Assembly (NCBI RefSeq): GCF_006345805.1 | Contig: NC_043006.1 | Coordinates: 86,180,001 to 86,244,000, forward strand | DNA: 64,000 bases | Source: Octopus sinensis | Taxonomy: Eukaryota | Direction of reading: 5' to 3' | Shown: positions 35,958-48,255 of the stretch, in pieces | How the letters are laid out: each line of letters begins with the position of its first letter | Position numbering within the stretch: the first letter of the stretch is position 1 | The notes under the pieces: model-generated | Seen by the model: the letters and a program-made list of their open reading frames with translations, nothing else | Database searches by the model: none | What the model was told of the DNA's origin: nothing | Program-made: the position numbers and the translations under genes

Positions 35958-38927
35958 ATGGTCAAGATTGGTTGTGTGAATGCGCGTGGCTTGGGGTCTC
36001 CTTGGAAACAAGGATACCTCCTAAATGACATCAAGTCACATGATTTGGGAATCATAGCCATAAGTGGGACCAGACTCCACGAGCCACGGGCCCTAAAGTC
36101 CATGTTTGGCGGACAGTTTAACATTTATTTCGCTCCCTGTCTGCCGAGGATGGGCGGTAGTGGCACCGCGGTACTTTTTCACAAGAGCCTGGATCTCGAA
36201 GTCAAGACGATATTCGTAGACCCGGAGGGTAGACTGATCGTTCTGGATGTTGACGGCAGCAATGGGTGCGCTTTTCGACTCGTATCAGTCTACGCACCGC
36301 CCTTAACAGGTCGGGCGGATTTCTTTCGACGTCTAGAAGTATTCTTGGGAACGTCTCGTCCTTTACTCTTAGTGGGGGATTGGAATGCTACCTTGGACAC
36401 GCATGTAGACTACGTGGGTAGAGACAGAAACAGAAGGGGATGCAAATGCCTCAGAGACCTGCTCAGACGATTCCAACTGTCTGACAGGTACCGACTCGAC
36501 CACCCAAATGCACCAACGTGGACATGGAGCAACCGCAGTGGGTCGTCGAGATCGTATCTAGATAGGATACTGTGTAGGACAGTAGACAAGGATAACTTAG
36601 GATGTCCACAATTCCACACAGTCAGCTACACGGATCACAAATTGGTGACGTGTACGCTAGACTTAGATAAGGCACATAGACAGGGTCCTGGGTACTGGAA
36701 ACTGAACGCATCATTCCCGTCCAGACAAGTTTTCAGAGACCGGATTAGCACACTAGTAAAGAGGGCTTTGACGGGAGCCATCATCAACAACAGATGGTGG
36801 TTTGCCCTCAAGAGAGCAGTAAAAGCAGAAGCGATTAGGTACAGCAAAGCACTAGCCATAGATAGAAATAGAGTAGAGGGTGAGCTAGTTAAGAAGCTAG
36901 AAGAGGCAATTAGAAGCGGCATCGCATCCGACGTTTTGGCGGCGAGGTTGGCCCTCGACCAACACTTCAACGCCAAACACGAAGGATGTGCTGTCAGAGC
37001 TAGGATGCGTGCTCTAAGGAACGAAGGTGTTGGAACCGCGAGAGAGGCCCGGGTGGCAGAGGCGCAACAGGGCAACAAAGCCACCATTCGGTCACTGGTA
37101 GATGAACAGGGGCGCGAATTGCTCGAGCCAAGTAAAATGTGTGAGGCCTTTCAGCAGCATTTTGCCCGACTGTTCGGGACGAGTGGAGGGCAAGAACGTA
37201 GGGTAGACTTCAGTGCCTACCTACATAGCCTGCCACGACTCTCGACAAGAAAGGCAGGGTGCTGCGAAGGTGCCATCACGGCGGCGGAAGTGCGGGAAGC
37301 GATGGCAGAATGCTCGAGGGACAAATCACCGGGTTTGGATGGTCTACCCTACGAATTTTACTATTGTATGCCAGACTTGTTTGGAGACGTCTTGGCAGCG
37401 GTATACTGCAACTGGCAGCAAAACGGGAGCATACCCGGTTTTGTGAGTCGAGGAGCTGTAACTCTGCTGAAGAAAGATCCAAACAAGGCGACTCTGAGGG
37501 GCATCCCGCGAGAATTAGGATGCGGGACGAGCGTGTCTGCATACGCGGACGACGTCACCGTCATAGTGTCAAGCCACGAGCACATCGAGCGGGTCGGCGA
37601 GACACTGAAAGACTACGAAGCGGTGACAGGAGCAAAAATCAACCGGGAAAAGTCAGTGGGCTTGCGGCTCGGCACCTGGAGAAGCAAGCCCATGCCGTCC
37701 ACCAGTACCTCCGTCGTGGGACGCTGGACAGACGGCCCGGTTGAGTTGCTCGGGGTCTGGTTCGGTCCGGACCTCCAAATGGAGAAGAACTGGAACGAGA
37801 TAACGAGTAGGGTGGTCACTCTCGCCCAGCAATGGGCCGAGAGGAAACTGTCCCTAAAAGGTCGGGCGGAGGTGGTGAACGCGTACATCGCGTCCATCAT
37901 CTACTACCGCCTGACCGTCGTACCTTGTCCCGACCCTACCATCACCAAACTAGAACGCATCCTCTTCCGCTTCTTGTGGAAAGGATGCGTCCCGATGGTC
38001 AGGCGATCCATTTGCTGTCAACACCCGTTAAAAGGAGGGCTGGGCATGCCGTGGTTGATGATGCGCAGACACGCGCTGAGACTGCGACATCTCCGGCTCT
38101 ATGTAGACGACGGTGAACAGGTGTGGTCGCCGTTTGTGAGGCACGCATTCCCGCAACTCGTCTCCATGACCGAACTACAGTCGTGGATCAAAAAGAGGCC
38201 GAAGAAGGGCGAATGGCACCGCGAGTGTCGCGTTGCTCTCAAGCAACTCTGCCGTCCCGGGTCGACCTTGAGTGACTTTAACACAACCAAAGCATTCTAT
38301 AGGGGATTAGTGGAGGGGAGGTACGACGACGAGCTCGGGGCAAACATGGGCGTCGACGAGGAATACCTGACCCGCCTGTTTCAAACGACTTTCGGCCCGG
38401 GACCTATGGACAACTTCCAGAGATCCCTGGCCTGGCGGTGCTACCGAGAAGCGCTACCCGTTCGGGATAAGCTCTATAGGCATGGCTCGAGAAACACGGG
38501 GCCGACCTGCCCGAGATGCGGGCAGAGCGACGAAACCGCTCTGCACGCAATCGTGCAGTGTCCAGCAATTTCCCACCTGTGGGCTTATGTCGAACGACTG
38601 CTGTCACGTGTGGGACGTGTCGGTTTATCAGCCGAGTCTATCGTTAATATCGTCACGCCTCCTTCCTTCAAACGGGAAGGAAGAGCTATTTTTATCATAC
38701 TTGTGGCTATGGCGAAAGAATGTATCTGGTGGACGCGTCTGAAAGGATTAGAGACAAACACTTTCCTCTCTGGTCAATCTCTCATCAACTTCTTCAAGTA
38801 TCGCTTGAAGAAAAAAGTGAAAGTAGAGAGGCAAGTTTTGTCTAGTGAATGTTTTAAAAAAAGATGGGTGAATGTAGCAAGGATGGCACGTATGAATGAC
38901 GAAGCCACCTTGACTATGATTCTATGA
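35958..38927 (+). CDS. Tx1 ORF2 (APE endonuclease, internally deleted RT, C-terminal Cys motif), 989 aa
   Basis: NARGL..GDWNA..SYLDRI..TDH (APE); SPGLDG; YADD; TCPRC..ETALHA. The RT segment from NFRPITLLN to QGCPLS is absent. Confidence 0.85.
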   Translation: MVKIGCVNARGLGSPWKQGYLLNDIKSHDLGIIAISGTRLHEPRALKSMFGGQFNIYFAPCLPRMGGSGTAVLFHKSLDLEVKTIFVDPEGRLIVLDVDGSNGCAFRLVSVYAPPLTGRADFFRRLEVFLGTSRPLLLVGDWNATLDTHVDYVGRDRNRRGCKCLRDLLRRFQLSDRYRLDHPNAPTWTWSNRSGSSRSYLDRILCRTVDKDNLGCPQFHTVSYTDHKLVTCTLDLDKAHRQGPGYWKLNASFPSRQVFRDRISTLVKRALTGAIINNRWWFALKRAVKAEAIRYSKALAIDRNRVEGELVKKLEEAIRSGIASDVLAARLALDQHFNAKHEGCAVRARMRALRNEGVGTAREARVAEAQQGNKATIRSLVDEQGRELLEPSKMCEAFQQHFARLFGTSGGQERRVDFSAYLHSLPRLSTRKAGCCEGAITAAEVREAMAECSRDKSPGLDGLPYEFYYCMPDLFGDVLAAVYCNWQQNGSIPGFVSRGAVTLLKKDPNKATLRGIPRELGCGTSVSAYADDVTVIVSSHEHIERVGETLKDYEAVTGAKINREKSVGLRLGTWRSKPMPSTSTSVVGRWTDGPVELLGVWFGPDLQMEKNWNEITSRVVTLAQQWAERKLSLKGRAEVVNAYIASIIYYRLTVVPCPDPTITKLERILFRFLWKGCVPMVRRSICCQHPLKGGLGMPWLMMRRHALRLRHLRLYVDDGEQVWSPFVRHAFPQLVSMTELQSWIKKRPKKGEWHRECRVALKQLCRPGSTLSDFNTTKAFYRGLVEGRYDDELGANMGVDEEYLTRLFQTTFGPGPMDNFQRSLAWRCYREALPVRDKLYRHGSRNTGPTCPRCGQSDETALHAIVQCPAISHLWAYVERLLSRVGRVGLSAESIVNIVTPPSFKREGRAIFIILVAMAKECIWWTRLKGLETNTFLSGQSLINFFKYRLKKKVKVERQVLSSECFKKRWVNVARMARMNDEATLTMIL

Positions 38928-39325
38928 ACCGTAAAAATTAATACAGAGAGTTGCTTATTTGCAAAAAAAGAAAAAGAAATATAACATGTGACTTCATTGA
39001 CCGAGGTTACCGTGGTCTTTTCCGTAGGCTTTTCTTTCCACGGGTAAACCTCACCTGTCCTCCCCTTTACACTTCATATTGACATTTCTGTGATAACGAT
39101 CCCTATTGATCAATTTTTTTCCTCTCCCCCTTTTTTTTTAACCCCCCCTTTTTTTGTCCTCTTTCTCTCCTTTTACGATCCCTTTTGATCGACCCCCCTT
39201 TTTTATTTTATTTTATTTGTTATTTTATTATTATTATTATTATTTTTTTTAAACCTTCAAAAGAAAAGCTCTACCTTGTAATTTGTTCTATCTGTGTGCA
39301 GCCCTGTGTGGCTAATAAAGAAACA

Positions 39326-39390
<65 letters not shown>

Positions 39391-39474
39391 GTCTGTCTAT
39401 CTATCTGTCTGTCTGTCTGTCTGCCTGCCTGCTTGCCTGTCTGTCTGCCTGTTTGTCTTCTGTCTGTCAGTCTG

Positions 39475-39522
<48 letters not shown>

Positions 39523-39532
39523 CCTACCTACA

Positions 39533-39609
<77 letters not shown>

Positions 39610-39610
39610 G

Positions 39611-39672
<62 letters not shown>

Positions 39673-42268
39673 ATGAACAGGGGCGCGAATTGCTCGAGCC
39701 TAAAAGGATGTGTGGGGTTTTTCAACAACACTTCACCCAACTGTTTGGGACAAGTGGTGAGTCAGAAAGCAGAGTGGACTTTAGTGCCTACCTGCATGCC
39801 TTGCCACGACTCTCAGCAAGGGAGGTGGAGTCTTGTGAAAAGCCTATCACAGCTGCGGATGTACAGGATGCGATGGTAGGCTGCGCGAGAGACAAGTCAC
39901 CAGGCTTGGATGGTCTGCCCTACGAATTTTATTTTCATATGCCAGACTTGTTTGGAGGCGTCTTGGCAGCTGCCTACTGCAACTGGCAGCAGAACGGGAG
40001 TATTCCTGCTTTTGTAAAGCGAGGAGCAGTGGCACTGATCAAGAAAGACCCAAACAAGGGGGACGTCATAGATAATTTCAGGCCCATCACTCTGCTCAAC
40101 GCAGATTTGAAAATTTTGGCCAAGGTGTTAGCCGAGAGGTTGGCGCTTGTCATCAAGAAACTAATCGACAAGGCGCAAACATGCGCCGTGCCGGGTAGAA
40201 GTATTCATGACAACCTCCATCTGATGCGCTACATCATAGACAGGGTAGTTAAAAATCCTGGCATGGGTGGGGCGCTGATCAATTTGGATCAATCAAAAGC
40301 CTTCGATAGGGTAGACCATCACTACTTGGAGGCTGTCCTCAAAGCGGCTGGTTTCGGTCCAGTTTTCCGCGGTTGGATCGCTGCCTTATACAGCGGCATC
40401 CGCTCAGTAGTTCGTGTAAATGGTCATCTATCCAGACCTTTTAACATCATGCGTTCGGTTCGTCAGGGATGCCCCCTCTCATCGCTGCTGTATGTACTGA
40501 CTCTTGAGCCACTACTGCGGAAACTGGCGACGCTGAGGGGCATCCCACGAGAGCTGGGATGCGGGAGGAGCGTGTCTGCATACGCGGATGACGTCACCGT
40601 CATAGTGTCGAGCTACGAGCACATCGAGCTGGTCGGCGAGACACTGAAAGAATACGAAGCGGTAACGGGAGCAAAAATTAACCGGGAAAAGTCAGTGGGC
40701 TTGCGGCTCGGCACCTGGAGAAGCAAGCCCATGCCGTCCAACAGCGTCTCCATCGTGGGACGCTGGACGGACGGACCGGTTAATTGCTCGGGGTCTGGTT
40801 CGGTCCGGACCTCCAAATGGAGAAGAACTGGGGCGAGATAACGACTAGGGTGGCTACTCTCACCCAGAAATGGACTGAGAGAAAGCTATCCCTAAAAGGT
40901 CGGGCGGAGGTGGCGAACGCGTACATCGCATCCGTCATCGAGTATCGTCTGACCGTCGTGCCTTGTCCCGACCCTACCATCACCAAACTAGAACGCATAC
41001 TCTTCCGCTTCTTGTGGAAGGGAAACGTTCCGATGGTTAGGCGATCCATTTGCTGCCAACACCCGCTAAATGGAGGGCTGGGCATGCCGTGGTTGATGAT
41101 GCGCAGACATGCGCTGAGACTGCGACATCTCCGGCGCTTCATAGACAACGGTGAACAGGGGTGGTCGCCTTTTGTGCGGCGCGCTTTCCCGCAGCTCGTC
41201 TCCTTGGACGAATTACAGTCATGGATCAAGCAGAGACCGAGGCTAGGCGAATGGCACCGCGAGTGTCGCGTTGCTCTCAAGCAACTCTGCCGTCCGGGAT
41301 CGAACTTGTGCGACTCCATCACAACAAAGGCATTCTATAGAGGATTAGTGGAGGGGAGGTGCGACGACGAACTCGGGCAGAGTCTGGGCGTCGACGAGGA
41401 ACACCTGACCCGCCTGTTCAGGACAACTTTCGGGCCGGGACCTATGAACAATCACCAAAGATCCCTGGCCTGGCAGTGCTATCGAGAAGCATTACCTGTT
41501 CGGGATAAGCTCTACAGACACGGTTCCAGACACACTGGACCGACTTGCCCGAGATGCGGTCAGAGCGACGAAACCGTTCTGCACGCACTCGTGCAATGTC
41601 CAACCATTTCCGACCTGTGGGCTTATGCCGAACGGCTGCTGTCACGTGTGGGACGAATCCGCCTATCGGCCGAGTCTATCGTTAGAATTGCTCCGCCCCC
41701 TTCCCTCAACCGGAAGGCAAGGCAGTTTTCATCGTACGGTGGTGGCCATGGTGAAAGAATGTGTGTGGTGGACTCGAGCGAAGGATTAGAGACAAACACT
41801 TACCTCTCTGGCCAATCGCTCATCAACTTTTTCAAGTACCACTTGAAAAGGAAGGTGAGAATGGAGAGGGAAGTTTTGTCTCGCGAAAGATTCAAAAAAA
41901 GATGGGTGAATGTTGCAAAGATGGTGCGTGCTAGTAACGAAACCATTTTGAGCATGATCCTGTAGATCGTAAAAAAGAAAGAAAGAGAGCATTTTTGACC
42001 TCATGTGTTATTTCCTCCCTGACTGGGGTTCCCGTGGTCTTTTCTGTAGGCTTTTCTTCCCACGGATGAACCCAATCTCGTTATATCAATTTACACCATT
42101 ATTTCTGTGATACACGATTTTCTTTTTTTTTCCTTTTTTTTTTCCTCCTCTCGATCCCTTTTTGATCGCAATCTTACATTTTTATTTTTTTTCCACCCTC
42201 GAAAAGAAAAGCTCTGCATTTGTATTTGTCCCCTCTGTATTCAGCCCTGTGTGGCTAATAAAAGAAAG
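39673..42268 (+). mobile_element. Tx1-clade element, related subfamily, 5'-truncated within ORF2
   Basis: Complete RT (NFRPITLLN, DQSKAFDRV, RQGCPLS, YADD); frameshift ~40780; (TATC)n flanks. Confidence 0.92.
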
Positions 42269-42314
42269 TTATCTATCTATCATCTATCTATCTATCTATC
42301 TATCTACCTACCTA

Positions 42315-42357
<43 letters not shown>

Positions 42358-42434
42358 CTATCTATCTATCTATCTATCTTCTATCTACCTACCTACATAT
42401 CTATCTATCTATCTTTCTATCTATCTATCTATCA

Positions 42435-42474
<40 letters not shown>

Positions 42475-42501
42475 ATCTATCTATCTATCTACCTACCTAC
42501 A

Positions 42502-42547
<46 letters not shown>

Positions 42548-42591
42548 CTATCTATCTATTATCTATCTATTATCTATCTACCTACCACCTA

Positions 42592-42658
<67 letters not shown>

Positions 42659-42676
42659 CCTACCTACATATCTATC

Positions 42677-42770
<94 letters not shown>

Positions 42771-42797
42771 GTCTGTCTGTCTGGTGTCTATCTATCT

Positions 42798-42841
<44 letters not shown>

Positions 42842-42852
42842 CCTACCTACAT

Positions 42853-42917
<65 letters not shown>

Positions 42918-42970
42918 ATCTATCTATCTATCTACTATCTACATATCTATCTATCTATCTATCTATCTAT

Positions 42971-43135
42971 AAAAAAAAAAAAGAAATATAAAATGTGACT
43001 TCATTGACCGAGGTTACCGTGGTCTTTTCCGCAGGCTTTTCTTTCCACGGGTAAACTCACCTGTCCTCCCCTTTACACTTCATATTGACATTTCTGTGAT
43101 AACGATCCCTATTGATCATTTTTTTTTCCTCTCCC

Positions 43136-43169
<34 letters not shown>

Positions 43170-43228
43170 CCCCCCTATTTTGCCTCTTTCTCTCCTTTTA
43201 CGATCCCTTTTGATCGAACTCTCCCCTT

Positions 43229-43267
<39 letters not shown>

Positions 43268-44497
43268 TCCTTCAAAGAAAAGCTCTACTTGTAATTTGTT
43301 CTATCTGTGTGCAGCTGTGTGGCTAATAAAGAAACATCTATCTATCTATCTATCTACTTGCAAAAAAAAAAAAAAAAAAAAGAAATATAAATGTGTAACT
43401 TCATTGACCGAGGTTACCGTGGTCTTTTCCGCAGGCTTTTCTTTCCACGGTAACCTACCTGTCCTCCCCTTTACACTTCATATGACATTTCTGTATAACG
43501 ATCCCTATTGATCATTTTTTTTTCCTCTCCCCCTCCCCCCCCCCCTTTTTTTTTTTTTTTTTTAACCCCCCCCCTATTTGTCTCTTTATCTCTCCGTTTA
43601 CGATCCCTTTTGATCGAACTCCCCCTCTCCTTTTTTTTTTTTTTTTTTTATACCTTCAAAAGAAAAGCTCTACTTGTAATTTGTTCTATCTGTGTGCAGC
43701 CCTGTGTCTAATAAAGAAACATACTCTCTATCTATCTATCTATCTTTGCAAAAAAAAAAAAAAAAAAAAGAAATATAAAATGTGACTTCATTGACCGAGG
43801 TTACCGTGGTCTTTTCCGCAGGCTTTTCTTTCCACGGGTAAACCTCACCTGTCCTCCCCTTTACACTTCATATTGACATTTCTGTGATAACGATCCCTAT
43901 TGATCATTTTTTTTTCCTCTCCCCCCCCCCCTTTTTTTTTTTTTTTTTTTTTTAACCCCCTTATTTTTGTCCTCTTTCTCTCCTTTTACGATCCCTTTTG
44001 ATCGAACCTCCCCCTTCCTTTTTTTTTTTTTTTTTTTTAATACCTTCAAAAGAAAAGCTCTACCTTGTAATTTGTTCTATCTGTGTGCAGCCCTGTGTGG
44101 CTAATAAAGAAACATATCTATCTATCTATCTATCTATCTTTGCAAAAAAAAAAAAAAAAAAAAAGAATATATAAAATGTGACTTCATTGACCGAGGTTAC
44201 CGTGTCTTTTCCGCAGGCTTTTCTTTCCACGGGTAACCTCCCGTCCTCCCTTTACACTTCATATTGACATTTCTGTGAAAACGATCCCTATTGATCATTT
44301 TTTTTTCCTTCTCCCCCCCCCCCTTTTTTTTTTTTAACCCCCCCTTATTTTTGTCCTCTTTCTCTCCGTTTACGATCCCTTTTGATCGAACCTCCCCCTT
44401 CCTTTTTTTTTTTTTTTTTTTTAATACCTTCAAAAGAAAAGCTCTACCTTGTAATTTGTTCTATCTGTGTGCAGCCCTGTGTGGCTAATAAAGAAAC
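42971..44497 (+). repeat. Four tandem ~390-bp Tx1 3'UTR-only units separated by short (TATC)n
   Basis: Units start at ~42971, 43358, 43746 and 44140 and match 38958-39324. Confidence 0.92.
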
Positions 44498-44784
44498 ATA
44501 TCTATCTGTCTGTCTGTCTGTCTATCTGTCTGTCTGTCTGTTTGCCTAACTGCCTACCTGCCTACCTGCCCGCCTGTTTGCCTGCCTGCTTGACTTTCTG
44601 TTTGTTTCTCTCTCTTTCTCTTTCTTTCTTTTTTTCTTTCTTTCTTTCTTTCTTTCTCTCTTTCTATCTCTCTCTGTGTATGTGCATGTATGTGTGAATC
44701 TGTATGTATGTGTTTGTATGTGTATATGCTTGTGTGCAAGTGTGAGTGTATGTGTTTGTATATATGTGTGTGTTTGTGTGTGTA

Positions 44785-45110
44785 ACAGCAGCAGCAGCTG
44801 TAGGAGCCGTAACAGATCATCGTCAACATCACCACCACTACCACCACACCACCACCACCATCATTGTCATCGTCAATATCATCATCATTTCCATCATCAT
44901 TATCATCATCATCATTATCATCATCATCGTCATCATCATCATCGTCGTCGTCGTCATCATCATCATCATCGTCATAAGCGTTGTCGTCGTCGTCGTCATC
45001 ATCATTGTCATCATCATCATCATCATGAGCGTTGTCGTCGTCGTCATCATCACCATGAGCGTTGTCGTCCTCGTCGACGTCGTCATCATCATCATCATCA
45101 TCATCACCGT

Positions 45111-45148
<38 letters not shown>

Positions 45149-45170
45149 ACAACAACAGCAGAGAGCAATA
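44785..45170. repeat. Compound trinucleotide microsatellite (CAG/CAT/CAC/GTC)
   Basis: Direct reading. Confidence 0.9.
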
Positions 45171-47499
45171 GTCTGGTAATATACCTGCCATCAGCTAACA
45201 TAAAACCGAAAAGACTCTTACTCTGACGTAAGGAACAAAACAAACAGTTAATATTAACGATCAGTTGGATGGATCGATGGATCGATGGATCAACGCATTA
45301 AATATTGTGCAGTATATAGTTGCGGCTCTTTACATTCTGAGATCAAATCTTGTCGAGGTCAACCTGGCCTTTCATTCTTCCCGATTCTATAAAATAAAGT
45401 ACCAGTCAAGCACTGAAGTCGATTTAATCGATTTTACCTTCTACCCTTAAATTTGTGTCTTTCTACTTAAGATAGAAATCGATATTGGAATAATGGAAAT
45501 GCTATAGCTTGGAATTGACATCTACATGAAGAATACAGATATTGGAGCGGCTCAATGTACTCCATGACATCATAAAATACTTGACTACACCTCACTACAA
45601 CAAAGTTTGAAATTACACAACCACACACAAGCAAACATGAAAGTCTCTATATAACTACTCATCCTGTTAGAAATAGCAGCTAAATCGTCCTCAAATCAAG
45701 TTTCACAGAACACGTTGACTTATGTAGTCCGGGGTACACTATGCCTGAAAAAATGTTTGGATGTGTATGGCTCATGGCGGTGCAGTGCCTGGGCTCCTTG
45801 TAGCCTTGCCCAGGATAGTAAAATTGAATTTCACTGTAATATCATACATACGCTGAAGTTTTTGTATGAAGATAAAGAAGAAAGCATGTTTCAATGACGT
45901 ATATGTTAATTTTTAATAGGTTTCGAGTTAGATTTGAACGCGAAGATATTAATCGCTGATGTATTTTGTCTTCGGAGAACATCCAAGAATACATATTCAT
46001 TTAAAATCTGCCTCGGGGCAGATTTTGGATGTGAATATGTTAGTTGCTATTGTATTTTATTTTGGAACACCTTTTCTTTTCAGAAATACGTGTTCGCTCG
46101 GATGTACACATTCACTCTAAATAGTTCCTGCCGGAAAGTAGTTAGGGGTGGGGGTAGTAGGGGCGGCACATTTAAAGGGGCAGCACTTCTGGGTCTGCTG
46201 TAGGCAATATGTGTTTTTCGTAGGGTCCGGGGGCGGCAAATGGAAGGGCGGCAGACACTCTAGCTATGCTATGTTAACAGTGAATATATACATCATGGTT
46301 TTGATTGTCGCTGTTCACCGCGCAATATCATATTTGTTTTACATTGACCTTGTAGCGAGACCCCAGCTGAGATTTGAACTATAGCTCTCAGGTTTTTCCA
46401 GTCTAGAACCATAGTATATTTCCATACAAGTAAAAGTGTCTCATAAAAAGTATTAACATTTACACAAATATCATGGCTAAGGTGGCAATCTTCAAAGGAA
46501 GTGTACGAGTTTCCCCACCAAACAGTCTGGCCAAAGATTCTAGAACTTTCGAATCAATAGTGTTAAATGGGCGAGTGAATTCAACATTAGGCAGAACTAT
46601 CCAGGTTTATATGAGTCGTATTACTTTCCCTCTGTATGATAATCTCTCACCCCTCACCTTGCTTAATGGATCAGAGAGCCACTAAGCCGTCTATGCTCTC
46701 TCTCACTCCCTTTCACTTTTGAGTGTCATCCTTATGTCGTATTTAAACAAAAGGCACTAACCTTTTACTTGTAATGTGTCCAGTTACACATTAATTATAT
46801 TCAGTAGTTAATTTCATTACTACCTTCATTATATTATCCAGCACGTTATATACAGAGATTCCTAATCGTTATGTTCATTGAACATTGATCCAATAATTTA
46901 TTGGATGTACATTTGTAAACATAATGCAGGTTAATTAAATATTTGGAAACCCAAACTTTAGTGTGGTCATTGTCTACACACGCAGTTCTAACTTGGGAAT
47001 CTTCCTAACTTGTGAATATAAGACTAACCACTACACTAAATGTGATCTGAATATTGTTACAAATTTAGACATCCACACAGACTCAACTGTACAACCATTC
47101 TTTAAACAAAAAAGATAATTAACAATGTTATTGTTTTGAAAACCCATTGAATAATTTTCATTGAACTACGTTGATCAATGATGAAATAGCTCATTTAATA
47201 AAGAAAATCAGTTTTGTTGCATGTACGCATACACGCATGCAAGCCTGTCTATCTGTCTGTCTGAATGTATTTATGCATGCTTGTATAGCCACAAGTCAAC
47301 ACACTCGCACTCATACGAACGCATATATGTGTGTGTGTGTGTGCTAAAATGTACACATACGTTGAAAGATTATAAAGTCAGTGTTTATCAAAAAGCATTT
47401 CATTTTTCAAGTTTTGATACAGTTAGAATTTATTATTTTTTTTATGAATGCCTGTTTTCAAACTGATGATCTTTATCGTCCATGCACTGCTTATAAAGC

Positions 47500-48010
47500 A
47501 GAGTAATGAAATCGAAAACATCAAGAAAATGGGACCAATCCCAGTACTGTAAAAAAGAATGGTTCAATTAAAGCTTTTGATGATAAACTGTATCACAATG
47601 CAACTCCTGATAAATTAATATGATGTTCCTCCGTAATATGCGGTTTCTTAGGTTCATAGGTGGTAAATCGAGCCATTTAGTTTAAATGTAGCCGTATTAT
47701 TCCAAACACTTTTTGTTGGAGAGTGGGCATCTACACATCTTGCCTAGTGCCATTCACGAAACCAGATCTACGATCCGGATCATCTTTATTTAGCGAATTG
47801 ACGATTCTTAGAATGTAACATTTCCAATGACAGCTCTTCAAAAATGCGATGGACGCTTGATTTTGAAATTCCTGTCTCAGGGATGACTTAAAGCTCAGAT
47901 TTTCTTGAACACGTTTCTAGTAATCTTTCTTACTTTGTAGGGCTCGTTGAAATTTGCAGACTTCCAGAACGCTTCTTGTGGACATCTGCTCCAAACTTAT
48001 CTGTAATTCG
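47500..48010 (-). pseudogene. Decayed Tc1/mariner-superfamily transposase fragment
   Basis: DVHKKRSG..TS, ETGISKSSVHRI, DDPDR and LN-GSI-like segments with many stops. Confidence 0.55.
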
Positions 48011-48223
48011 AGTGGTGCCATGTCAAGTAAGTAGATCTATTTGAAACTACTTCTTTAACTGTCTTAGTACTTTGACTTCGCTTTTTGAAATTTCTACTAG
48101 CACTTTAGGACAAATTTCCTTTATCCAAAGTAGTGTTCAATAATTCTAGTGGGTTAAATCTAAAAGGAAATGAAAATTGAATACCAGCTGTTAAAGTATA
48201 TATACATCTTTTACGACATGCTG

Positions 48224-48255
<32 letters not shown>

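Larger units (their letters stand above)
34814..39324 (+). mobile_element. Tx1-clade non-LTR retrotransposon (ORF1 5'-truncated, ORF2, 3'UTR) between (TATC)n tracts
   Basis: ORF1 CCHC knuckle, ORF2 APE plus RT remnant, 3' end aataaagaaac followed by (TATC)n. Confidence 0.92.

Noticed and set aside
39185-42998. IYLS-repeat N-terminal extensions on Tx1 ORFs
   Set aside because: Read-through of (TATC)n in silico; not part of the element.
44554-45243. Poly-Asp / poly-His / poly-Gln ORFs
   Set aside because: Compound trinucleotide microsatellite with no unique coding flanks or supported splice context.
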